The position numbers were made by a program, and so were the translations under genes. The notes below the pieces were generated by a model that saw only the letters and a program-made list of their open reading frames with translations, had not been told where the DNA came from and did no database searches. From Schmidtea polychroa (Eukaryota), in NCBI GenBank assembly GCA_044892525.1, contig CM097885.1, positions 14,820,001 through 14,884,000 on the forward strand: DNA of 64,000 nt, written 5' to 3'. This document shows, one piece after another, positions 14,528 through 26,347 of the stretch; the stretch's first letter is position 1; each line of letters opens with the position of its first letter.

Positions 14528-15897
14528 CCCTTTAACTACGGCATTTAATAACATTTTTTAATCCCTCCAACGCAAAAATATAACAGACTAAAAAATTGTA
14601 AACACAATAAAAAATCATGCTCAGAATAAAATATAACAACAGAATATAACAACAGAATACAACAACAGAATACAACAACAGAATATAACAACAGAATACA
14701 ACAACAGAATATAACAACAGAATATAACAACAGAATATAACAACAGAATACAACAACAGAATATAACAACATAATATAACAACAGAATACAACAACAGAA
14801 TATAACAACATAATACAACAACAGAATACAACAACAGAATACAACAACAGAATACAACAACAGAATACAACAACAGAATACAACAACAGAATACAACAAC
14901 AGAATACAACAACAGAATACAACAACAGAATACAACAACAGAATACAACAACAGAATACAACAACAGAATACAACAACAGAATACAACAACAGAATACAA
15001 CAACAGAATACAACAACAGAATACAACAACAGATTAAAACAACAGAATAAAACAGAAATTCTAATTAATAAAGCTATTTTTAACGACTAAAAATATTTTC
15101 ACAAATACTTATTTTATTAAAAAAAAATTTCTAGTATGGTAGATTTTATAACATTCTCTGATACATAATCCCACTTGACACTCTTGACACCAGGTTTGAA
15201 CACTAGTTCTTGTTCGTGTTCCAATGTTAGTTTTAGCACATAATTCACACTTTCTTTTTGCCTCAGACCTCGTCATTGTTCTTGGAATATAATCTAAATA
15301 AATTCTTTCCATAAAATTTGCTGCCCCTAATATTTCATCTTCATCACTTACTCTCCTTTAACCCTGTCTATTAGCTGTCAAGCTACCAAAATTATTCAAA
15401 ATTTGGCCAATTGATTTTCGTATGAACATTTTGTGTGGTAAATCAAAGTTTCCTGTTTTTTGTTGAAATAATTTGAAGGAGTTGTACATTGACATATTAA
15501 TATAACGAAAAAACAATTTCCTATACAATTTCATTGACTCAATTTGTGAATAATCAAAATAATATATAATATAGGGTGGCTCTCGTTGTTCTTTATTTCT
15601 TCAAACAATGCGCCATAATCAACATCATCTTGTTGATCCACATTGTCAATTGCTTCTACCCATATATCTACATAATCTTCGTTTACAATCATAATAGGGT
15701 TTTAAAATTGAAAAATAATTAAAATTATTAGCTATTTTCAGGAAATAATTTTTGAAATATAAAGCAAAATTTATATCATCAAAACACACCATGAAAGACA
15801 AGGCCGTTTCATAATTATTATCATATTTTATAATATTTTTCCTTACCAAAATACACTGGACAATCATATGATGTACATAGTAGTTAGAGTTAAAGGG
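14528..15897 (-). mobile_element. Internally deleted piggyBac-like element
   Basis: TTAA-CCCTTTAACT at left, AGTTAAAGGG at 15888-15897 (no TTAA there, so right end is uncertain); C-terminal cysteine-rich domain KRKCELCA...TWCQECQVGLCIRECYKIYH and upstream KLYRKLFFR...MYNSF remnant. Confidence 0.7.
14623..15050. repeat. 13-bp minisatellite (AGAATACAACAAC)n
   Basis: About 30 tandem copies; source of the three overlapping low-complexity ORFs. Confidence 0.95.
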
Positions 15898-18005
15898 GTA
15901 CAGAAAAAGTCGCTTTATTACAATCATAAATCAATTATAAATGTTAATAATAAATAAATTGCAAGTTGAAAATGAACATGGGGAAAAGCTAAAACGTCCA
16001 CATATTATTCAATAGGGTTAAATAAAAATAGAAAATAATTAATAAAGTTATTAAAAAATTGTTTACATCATCAATCATCACTAAATAGAAAAATTGATTT
16101 TTTTCCATTCAAAATACTTAAATATGAAATACATTGAGAAGGATTGTGTCAAGTAATCACTTACAATTATTATTGAAAGCTTACCGTATAAAAGCGTTGC
16201 TAATTTAATTCAGATTGCCATTATAATTGAAGAGATTAAAGCCTATTCTGTTTTATGGATGGAAAGAAAGTGTACAAGTCTCATCTTTTCCGAATTGTGT
16301 TTTACTGAAAAGTGATTATTCTGAAATTTAATTTGGTGGCTAATTATGATTCACTGATAACTCTTTTGTTTAGATTCATTCTCCTAATTAATGAATTATG
16401 TATTTTACATTTGTGTTTTTCCTGTAATACATTCCACCATGTTATTCCCCGTAATCTGTTCTGCCGATAATACATTTTTCAAATTCGAATTTTAATGATT
16501 ACTAATCAATTTTTGCACATGCATATGTGCTATTTTTGCACTTACCACAAATAATAATAATAATAATGTTGGGGTAGAAACATAAAAATACGAGTAAGAA
16601 AAAAGCTATTTCAATATTTATATCTTCAATAATGATTTTTTTTCATTTCAATGAATTTTTTGGAAAAATTTTCCTTTAAAGCACTACAAAAGTTTCCCGA
16701 TATATACTGGGAAATCAATTTCACCGAAGTCACTGCTAATAAGATCTCTATGTTTAATCTTGATTTGTCATTATTCCAGAAATCATTAATATTTGAAAAT
16801 ACTCTTTTGTTGGAGTTTGATGTAAAAGTACGAAAATAAAGTGCAAATCAATAAAAACATCAAATTCACAATAATAATTAAAGTACAAAAATATTAATTA
16901 AAATTTAAAAAAATTAAAAAAAAATATTTTCCAGGGAAAATGGTATGGGCGGATGCCAAACGATGAGACAAGTTCAAATATAACATAATAAAATCAATGG
17001 GGGTCCCCAGAAGGAAATATTTATAAAAAATTTAAATTAATTAAAAATTAATTATCTAATGAAAAACCGGAAATTAAATAATTTCCCGAAGGCCTGAAAA
17101 CTTGAAATTGAAAACAAATTAAGTTAGCATGTGGAAACTCGGAAAGAGATACCCAAAAATGATAAATTCAATTGGAAAGAATTTAATAACAGGATGAGTA
17201 TAAAAATGGCAGACTAAAAGTGCTGTTGAAATTGTGTAGAATAAAAAGTGTAATTGTCGTATCAAATTATGCGAATAAATAAAACTGTAATTGTGGTAAT
17301 TTCGAATAAACGTTATTGTGCTGGGTTGTTGATTTATTAAACTGAGGAGTCAGATATTGATACCGACTTTCATAAATACTAGGGTTCAGTGGCGGATTAA
17401 GCGGTGAGCGGTCGCCCGAGGCCCATATATAAATATTTCCTTCACAAAATAATATACAAAAATAAAATAAGACAAATATATCACAAATACACAGTTTAAA
17501 TTATGTGATTTTTGGTTTTATTTATATTTAATAAAAGACGTATTTTGCCAATATAGTTAATAAATCAAATGTTATCTTTAGTAAAGAGTAAAATTTTAAA
17601 GGCATTTGATGCGAAAGAAGGTCGGTTAGGTTTTATAGAAAATATTGCACTCTGGCCAAAAGGTTTTAACAGGCGAAATGATAGAATTTGTAATACGTAA
17701 TAAACCAAACAACGTTGGTAAATTGGGAAATTTGAAACATCTTTATACTGATGGCACTCAAACATATTACAGAGGTTTACACGAGGGCCATTTTTACCGA
17801 AAAATTGCTGAGGCAAAAAAAGAAATAAATTGGCTTGTTTTTTCTGAGACATCTAAGTGCGTATACTGCTACCACTGTAAAATGTTTTCTAATTCGACCT
17901 CTAAGTTAATCGAAGGTTATCAGAATTGGTGACATTATACAGAAGTTTCAAAGGAACATATAACTTCCATGTGCAAATTATCCATACGTTCTTCAGCATT
18001 ACATC

Positions 18006-18975
18006 TGTTGAGGTTTTAAAAGTAAATTATTAAATTATATAGTTCAGATTAAAAAGAAACCCGAAATTGAATGGCGGTCAACAGAGAAGCAATGGCAAAG
18101 AAAGATATGATAAAAACAGAACTATAAAAGGGTACAATCAGACATGAAATGGAAAAATGCGCAAACCTGAGGAAATGGAATAAAGTCAAAAGTTATCGAA
18201 ATTGAAGCTGGAAAACGGGAGAGGGGTAGATTAGGAGATGGCGAAGAAGACAGTGAGCAAGAAATTGTTAGAAAATGTTTAGAAAGGGTCGTAAAACAGA
18301 CAAATGTGAAAATAACGTAAAATATTAATTAATTAATTGGCTATTGGGAAACCCGAGCTAATGGGAAGCCCGAGCCAATGGAAAACCCGAGCTCGGCAAT
18401 TTGGAAGGATAAACAAATGGGAAATTCAGAGAGCAATTATCCAAACAGCCGGATAAACGAGGGTAAACAAAAGAAGGGGAATCAGGAAGAGGGTCAACAG
18501 AAATAGCTAATTAGGGAATGATAACTGAGGAAGTCAAAACCAATTAGGTAAAAAATAGGGCAATTACAACGATTATGGGAGTATATAAGGAAACTCAAAA
18601 TTCACATAATCAGCGATAGCCTTAGGTAGGGAAGAAAAAAACGACATTAGGAGTTAAAGGAATAGAATAAAAGAAGAAAAAGAATTATAGGAAAAACTGA
18701 AGAGTTAGACAAGGAGTGTCAAAAGAGATTGATCAGAGAGCGGAACTAAATCAAAAGGTGAAACTTAATTTTTTAATCGTACAAGGTTAAGACCTTCAGG
18801 ACCGGAGTCCGATCTGAAATTGTGTGAGAATTGTGGTTGACCAACAGTGTAATTAATTGTTGAGAGTTGTAAATTTTTATTAAACAAATATACGTTGGGA
18901 GTTTGTGTTTATTGATTTTGGAACACGTGGAGTCAGAGTAACCAACGGTTGATTTTGATATCATAAAAACCAACA
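18006..18975. mobile_element. Solo LTR (970 bp)
   Basis: TGTTG...CAACA ends, 4-bp TSD CATC, internal TATATAA; removal restores the hAT frame SALHRIDVKLMQQ. Confidence 0.85.
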
Positions 18976-19098
18976 CATCGAATAGATGTAAAATTAATGC
19001 AGCAGACACTCAAAGAAGAGAATTATTGGAGGGATGTCTTACTTAGGATAGTATCGAAAATAAAATAAATTGCAAGTCTCGGTATAGGATTTAGAGTA

Positions 19099-19639
19099 CA
19101 GTAAACCCCCGCAATTACGACCTAATTGGTTGCTGAAAAGAAGTCGTAATGTGAGCAGTCGTAAAGAGAGGTTTTATTTCCCATTGACCCAATGTTATAA
19201 ATGGCTAATTGATCGTAGGTCTTGAATTTCGCCTATCTATTCTTTAACAAAATAATTTCATGCAACTAAATGCGAGTATAAGTAACACAAAATCACTAAT
19301 AACACTTTAAATAGTAAATACAGCAATAAATCGCATATTGTTCACATATTAAAAATTTATTGTTTAAATCAAAAAGATTATTATTTATATTTACTACCAT
19401 GTCAGAAAAAAGGAAACGTGATATCTAAGTTAGCCAAACTACCAAAAAAAGTCGGCAATCATTTACTCTTGAAATAAAACATAACATTATTCGACAGTAT
19501 GATGGTGGAGCAAAAGTGCATGAAGTTGCTCAAAAATTCAAACTAAAATTCAGGCTAGTAGAAATTGTGAGTCATGGTCGTGATTGGCCCCAGAAAACAA
19601 GGTTGTAAAACTGGGCGGTTGTAAGGTGAGACTCTACTG
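19099..19639 (+). mobile_element. Non-autonomous pogo/Tigger-like element nested in the hAT
   Basis: TA TSD, CAGTA...TACTG ends, HTH remnant RQSFTLEIKHNIIRQYDGGAKVHEVAQKF; removal restores GFRVHDE. Confidence 0.8.
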
Positions 19640-20867
19640 TACATGACGAAAGCCAATCTTCTAGTAAAAAAAGCAATTATTTAACGAGCTTGGAATATCT
19701 AAGTGAATATGACGAACAGGGAAATCGTGGACGAGGAAATGCCAACATTTATCTCATCAAACATGTGACGAGTTTATACAACTAATTAGCGACTCTGTTT
19801 TGCTTCAAATAATTAAAGAAGTAAAAGCTGCAAAATTTTACAGCACTATTGTAGACTCAACGCCAGATATTTCCCATGTCGATCCATTGACTTTTATTTT
19901 TAGATATGTGCTGCCAGCTGGAGATATAAAAGAAAAATTCATAGGGATTTGCCTATTGAAAAGCGCGATGCTGCATATTTAGAAGAACAGCTACTTTCAA
20001 AGTTAAAAAATATGCAGATTGATATAAAACTTTGTAAAGGACAGTCGTACAATAATGCTGCAAATATGTCTGGGAAGTACGCAGGATTGCAAGGTCGCAT
20101 TAAAAACATAACATTACAGCCGCCTATATTCCTTGTTCCACACATTCGTTAAAGCTTGTTGGTAACCTTGCAGCTGAAGGCTGTGGTAGTGCAACTCGAT
20201 ATTTTTTATTCGTTCATAATTTATTCAAAATTGACAGTAAAAAAATGTCAAAAACAAGATGGTCTGCTAGAGCTTTAAAATGTGGATACCATAAAATTAA
20301 GGAAGCATTGAAGCAAATGAAATAAGCTCGCTGTAATTGAAGCGCAGTCTTTAATTGAAAATATGAATAAATTTGAAACTCTTTTGATCACGATTATTTG
20401 GGACAAGATCAGCAGAGTCCTTCAAGGTGTATCTTTATTGAATTCACTTGAAGGTTTTATAAGATAATTTAGAAATGAATTTAAAACTGTTAAGAAAGAG
20501 CCTGAAAACTATACAAGTAGTAAATTTGAAGAAAGAAGAACGAAGAAAGAAGCGATAACGATGACGTATTTTCTGAAAAAGAAGATTTCATATGCAATAC
20601 GTTTTATACAATTTGTGATCAGCTGATAACCGAATTTAGTCGCAGGAAAAAAGCATATGAAGACATTTTGCAAAATTTTAAAATATTCTTCCATCTCTTC
20701 GTGCCAGACAATGCAAAAAAGGAATGTATTAATAACCTTAGAAGCTACAAAATTTTAAATTAGATCTAGTAACCGATATAGTTGCAGCGACAAATGATGG
20801 AGCCGCTGTTATGAAAACGTTTAGTCAGTTATCACCTATAATTGATCGGCTATGCTATTCAAAATAG

Positions 20868-21008
20868 AATCCACCAATAGAATCTCACGTTAATTGATTT
20901 GTTGGTACTGCAATTATTGGCCAATAATAATTCGACAATTTCTCTGAATCCATGCTTGCAAGCGTATTGAATCGGCCGAATATTCCACTGAAATTTATCG
21001 ATCAATAA
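20868..21008 (-). other. Isolated duplicate of ankyrin-gene exon 8 with both splice sites (exon 20987-20889)
   Basis: Matches 32954-33094 with 5 substitutions. Confidence 0.9.
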
Positions 21009-21366
21009 CATTACTGTTATTAGTGGGCAATTATTAAAATCAATTTATATTCCAGTAATAGCGTTACAAAAGGGAATACAGTATATTTAGTAATTTATCT
21101 GTTGAAATTTACTGTAAGATAGAATAGAAATTGAATATTATTTATTCACTTAATAAATTACTGTGAATTTTCCAATTAATTTAGCTTTTATCTTCATTTT
21201 CCAGTGACCAAAACTTACTGAATAAAATGAATAGAAATCTCAAACCCAAACATTAAAGCATGAACATTAGATCTATTATTTCATATTCTCAGTTCAAAAT
21301 TTATTAAATATTCTTAGAAATTCAAAATTCTGTACAAAATTATTAATTAAAATTAGGTCAACAGAT

Positions 21367-21824
21367 TTATTTCTTTCTATGGCTAGTTTTATTCACACTT
21401 AACGGATGTCTAAATTTGTCTTTTGTCTCTGATATCCAGTCTCTTTCATGCGAATACTCCAAAGAGGAATTGAATTCGAACCCCATAAATGGAATAGCTA
21501 TAGGGAAAATACTTAGGGATAAATGGTTAATACTATTTTTTACTTGTTAAATATAAAATCCTTCTTTCGTGAATAGATTTCTCCTTTTTCAATTCATGAG
21601 CACCTATCTGCAATTTATTAACGGTTTGATACGAATGCGTATACTGTTAACAATAATGGTCAGTAATTTATTTAAAACATATTAACAACTTTTGAAGGTA
21701 ATGTTTCTTCAATTTTCATACAATATCCCCCTTCTCGTCTTTCGTTCGCCCAATTTCCAATTAATGTGCCTGGAGAGTATTTGGCTTTTGACACCCAAAA
21801 CATTTCGCATTCGTTATGTGACAT
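21367..21824 (-). CDS. CFAP68: CFAP68/C11orf1-like ciliary microtubule inner protein, 3 exons, 121 aa
   Basis: Exons 21824-21690, 21643-21544 and 21497-21367 with two 46-bp GT-AG introns stay in frame; motifs KYSPGTLIGNWANER and LPSKYTHSYQT resemble the family's TLxGNWxxER and LPSQFGHYFET; CFAP107 is the alternative family. Confidence 0.7.
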
Positions 21825-24790
21825 TTTCTTATACTTAATACTTTTTCAGTTATTCTGTCAATATCATATTTTTTATAATAATTTTATTAGTATAGAAATT
21901 GGCATATAAATAATTAATTTTAATTTCAAATAAACCGATTTAATTTTTAATGGAATTTCCTGAAATATTGTTAAAATATTTTTAGATTAGTACTTGATAT
22001 ATGGTTGTTAGAGTTAAGTTATAGATGTTGACAAGAAGATAGTGTATGTGATGAAGAATATTTTGTATCTAAATGTTATTATTTTATTTGTTGCCAGTTT
22101 GTTGTTGGTACTTTGTATCTAGTTGTAAGTATTTGGTTGATAGTACATAGTACATAGTACTTGGTATCTTGTTGATTGCTTGTTGTTGTTAGCTAGTGAG
22201 GATATATTGTTGGTATCTAGTTGTAGGTTGATATTTGTTAATTTCTCGATGGGATTTGTTTTTGGTTGTTAGTACTTGTTACCTAGTTGATCTTTTTGTA
22301 ATTACTTGGTAGCTAGTTGTTAGTTTCAGGTTGATGGGTAGGTGGGGGTTGAGTGTGTCCAATACCCTTACCAACACTTCGGAACTCCATAGTTTTTGTT
22401 GTAGGATTTGATCTCGTTTGGTACTAAAATTAATATTAATCAGTTAACTTAATGTTACACATAAGTTTGGAATTCTTTATGAAAGTTATAATATATTGAG
22501 ATCCGTAACAAAATACAAGACAAGACAAATTATTTTTATTCACACATTTTTCGAATCAATATTGATTAAGATACGACCGGAATGGCACAAGATGCGTGCC
22601 TCTTTACGCACATTTTACGCACTCTTTTACCTTTTGGCCTCCGTCACTAGACATCTAAGGTATTCTATTCAGAAATACTCCTGGATTTGTTTTTTTGACG
22701 TTTCAATCTATTAACTTTTGATTGATCTGCGACTCCAGTTGACGAATACGGACCTTTAGAGCTCTGATCTCCACCTGGTTCTGGATGGCCTGTAAATGTA
22801 GTTGCTCGCTCAGTTTGCACTTTTGTTTCTTGGCATCGGGTTGGAACCAGGTGCTTCTATTATCCTACATCGAGGTTCTCCGGCTTCTCGGTCTGACCGC
22901 ATGGTTTCCACTAACTGGACCACTTCAATAAACATGTAATGTCAACAAGGTGAATTCGGATCTGCAGTCGCATCTGGATTCTAGTTACGAAGTTAGTTTA
23001 AATTTAAATAAATCAATTAATTAAAAAATATGAGCGTGTTAATTTTTAATAATTTTTCATTGTGTCGGCCATATTTTTCAGTCATGTACAATCATTGCGT
23101 ATCTTCATCATACACATGTTCACACAACATTCCACTGCAATCATACCGGGAACAGAGATAGAAGCTGTTCAATAAGTAATAAGCTTAAATTTTAAATTGA
23201 AGGTATAGATAATTAATTCCATTCATTCTAGTAAATCAACAAACCATCTTCTTACCAATCATTTCACCACATTTGAATCATTTATTGGTCTTCCAATATC
23301 GAATCATTTCCATCAAATCCATTCGCCATAAATCATTAATACCAAATAAGATACGTGCTCTTGTTGGAACATCGGTTTGTTTAGACGGTATGCTAGTTGT
23401 TCCAATAGCCAATTTTCAAAATTTTTGAAGGTCTATTTTTTAAATGACAATACATTGAATATTATTTCATTAGATAAATATCATTTGGGAATAAAATAAA
23501 AATGAACATATTTTTATTATTGAATATCCAAGAGGAACAAACAGATAGAACAAACAAGTTTTCTGTAAAAAATATATGTAAAAATTTGCATCCACTGAAA
23601 TATCCTATAGAAAAGTAAAGCAAATTTTATGGGGGCAACAAAATTATATTCTTAACAAGTCACAAAAAAGTTTGAATTAAAATATTTGAAATTTGCAAGA
23701 TGAACAGTAACTTTATTTACACTTCATAAATAATGGTTCACCGAGATGTGTAAATATTTACCAACCTCTGGTGCTATTTATGTTTATAAAGGACACAAAT
23801 AGTGAACATGATTAATAGCAGTAAAGATTTGTGAATCTATTTTGACATTTATTTTATCTGTTGAAATAATTTAACCCTCTAATGCCCAATTTTTTTATCG
23901 TACTTTTGCCTCTTGAGATATTTCTTGCAATGCACGTGTTATTTATAGTGCAAAATTGTCATAAGTTATCGAACCTATACAATATTTGAATTTAACACTA
24001 TATGGGATTTAGTGTTGCCCGCCTTGAGGCGGAGTTGGGAATTAAACATTATGTCATTATGATTCAAAAACAACCAGGAGAGGATTTTGAATAAAATAAA
24101 TCTCGGAAGCAAGAATTATAAAATATTGCTTTGTAACAAGTGAGGCAAATTTAATCTTTGGGTGCCAATAAAATATATATGGTCTACCTGATGTGTGGAT
24201 ATTCTACACCTAAGAGGACACGATAACAATGTTTAACTTTTTTATGATGGGAAACATGAGCCCCTTACTCCACCATTAGTTACCGCGCACTGGTTAGCAA
24301 CAGAGCCCCTACCTCTTTTTTTCAAGGTCAAGTCGCGATAATTGATTTTTGAAATTTTTATTGATTTTAAATTGCAAAATTTTCGAATTAAGAATTCAAG
24401 TATTGATTTAAATGTGCAATTATTGATTAAAGTGAATTTTTACTTTCTTGTTTTATCTCACTGTAGCGCGGGAGTTTGAGATTTTCAAAATATTATTTCG
24501 ACTAAAATATAGAGGGTGACGCCACCTACATCTTTCTGACTGTAAGGAGTTAGTAAATCTCTATATAAAATTATTATGGTTAAATGGTAGAAGTGAGATC
24601 AGTTAGTAGAAATAATTATTTCTGTTAAATTTTTATATTTAAATTCTATATTAAATTATATCATATTATATTAAATTATATTAAATTAAATCAATTAAAT
24701 GTATGACCAGTAATTACATTAATATTAATAATTATCACACCTCGGTGTTTAAATACTCTAGTAAACGGCACAAAGTTTTTATAAAAATAA

Positions 24791-25867
24791 ATGCTTGAAG
24801 AAGACTTGAATTTAATTGCGTCTAACATGGCGACCACGACCACGGATTTATTGATAAGCAGACTATTACCTGAGAAATTTCACAAAGGCGATGATTTAGA
24901 AAATTTTATCAAGGATTGTCAAAGGTTTTTTGGCGTGACAAAAACAACAATTAGGATGCAAGTAATATTTACTACAACATTACTTGACAGATCGCTAATG
25001 GAAGATTATGAAGCAGCCGAAGGAAAAACTATGGAAGAGAAACTTCGATATGCATTTTCGAAACCGACATCGTTAATGGATGATTTAAAAGAAGCTTTGA
25101 GTTATGAACAAGGATCAGATTCAGCCGAAACTTTTATAGAGAAAATTAAAAAGATGACAAAGAAATTAATAGCGCACAAATGGGATGAAGAAGAAATAGA
25201 AAAATGCCTGCTTACAAACTGTGTAAGAGATCGAGAAGTTAAAAAAGAGATTGAGATGAAAGATTTGAAAACATCAGAAGAAATAAAAGCGACAATAAAG
25301 AAATTAGAAAAGGTAAACAAAATTATGGGCCGTATTAATGTTGTGAAGACTTCAGCGGTTGTTCAAAACTACAGAAGCTACAGAGATGTTGCTCAAAGAG
25401 GAATGTTAAACGGAAATAATAATTTCAAGCAGCGAAACGTCAGTAACCGACAATTGGAATGCTGGACATGCAAGAAAACTGGTCATGTTAGTCGAGAATG
25501 CCAAATGAAAAAGAAAATGACGTGTTTTGCATGCGGAGTTGAAGGCCACGTACGGCAAGAATGTTCAACGATTCAATGCCAGAGATGTCACTTACGTGGA
25601 CACAAGGAGATTGACTGCTATACAAATTTGGAAAGAAGGAAGTTTCAAACTAATTCAAACATGAGAAACAATAATTATTATGCCCATCGAACCACAAGCT
25701 ATCAACAAAAGATCAACAATCTGGGAAGAACAATTGCAGCAATTGAAGCTAATGATGAGACGATGCCACTTGAGTATTCAGATGATGCAGAAGACAAATA
25801 TGAGGATATTCAGCACCCAAAAGTACATGCTTCGACACGGGAGGCAATGATCGGAGCAATATACTAG
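24791..25867 (+). CDS. gag: Gag with three CCHC zinc knuckles (element A)
   Basis: CWTCKKTGHVSREC, CFACGVEGHVRQEC, CQRCHLRGHKEIDC. Confidence 0.9.
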   Translation: MLEEDLNLIASNMATTTTDLLISRLLPEKFHKGDDLENFIKDCQRFFGVTKTTIRMQVIFTTTLLDRSLMEDYEAAEGKTMEEKLRYAFSKPTSLMDDLKEALSYEQGSDSAETFIEKIKKMTKKLIAHKWDEEEIEKCLLTNCVRDREVKKEIEMKDLKTSEEIKATIKKLEKVNKIMGRINVVKTSAVVQNYRSYRDVAQRGMLNGNNNFKQRNVSNRQLECWTCKKTGHVSRECQMKKKMTCFACGVEGHVRQECSTIQCQRCHLRGHKEIDCYTNLERRKFQTNSNMRNNNYYAHRTTSYQQKINNLGRTIAAIEANDETMPLEYSDDAEDKYEDIQHPKVHASTREAMIGAIY

Positions 25868-25923
25868 GTAATTTTGATATTGATGTAAATATTGGTCGTA
25901 ATAATTTTAATAATGTAAATAGT

Positions 25924-26036
<113 letters not shown>

Positions 26037-26347
26037 ATAATGTAGAACCTTTATGTAATAAAATTTGTAATTTTAAAAAGTTTCCTTTAAATAATTTTAA
26101 ATGTTATAGTTATTTTAATGCTGATCGATCTTTAATAAATAATAATAATAATCCTAAGAATCAAGAAGAGTATAATGAAACTAAAGAAGCAGAATAAAAT
26201 AATAAAATAGTAAATGAAAAAGTTTATAAATTTATTAAAAAGGCAGAAGATAAATTAGAGAGAAAGGAAATTGGGTGGATTAATGAAATATCAGAGGAGC
26301 AAAATATTTTCACTAAAGATGAATGGAAACGACCGAGTTATGACAAA

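Larger units (their letters stand above)
17387..20750 (+). mobile_element. Degenerate hAT transposon (ZMYM1-like/DUF4371-type transposase) carrying two nested insertions
   Basis: CAGTGGCGGA terminus; WLVFSETSKCVYCYHCKMF zinc finger, YWRDVLLRIV, FYSTIVDSTPDISH, GQSYNNAANMSGKYAGLQ and KTRWSAR motifs in broken frames; right end not identified. Confidence 0.8.

Noticed and set aside
14532..15029. Three overlapping Cys/Leu-rich ORFs
   Set aside because: Artefact of a stop-free 13-bp minisatellite.
22100..22330. RFX X-box cluster upstream of the ciliary gene
   Set aside because: The GTA(T/C)CTAGTTG repeats fit the X-box consensus poorly and look like a degenerate simple repeat.
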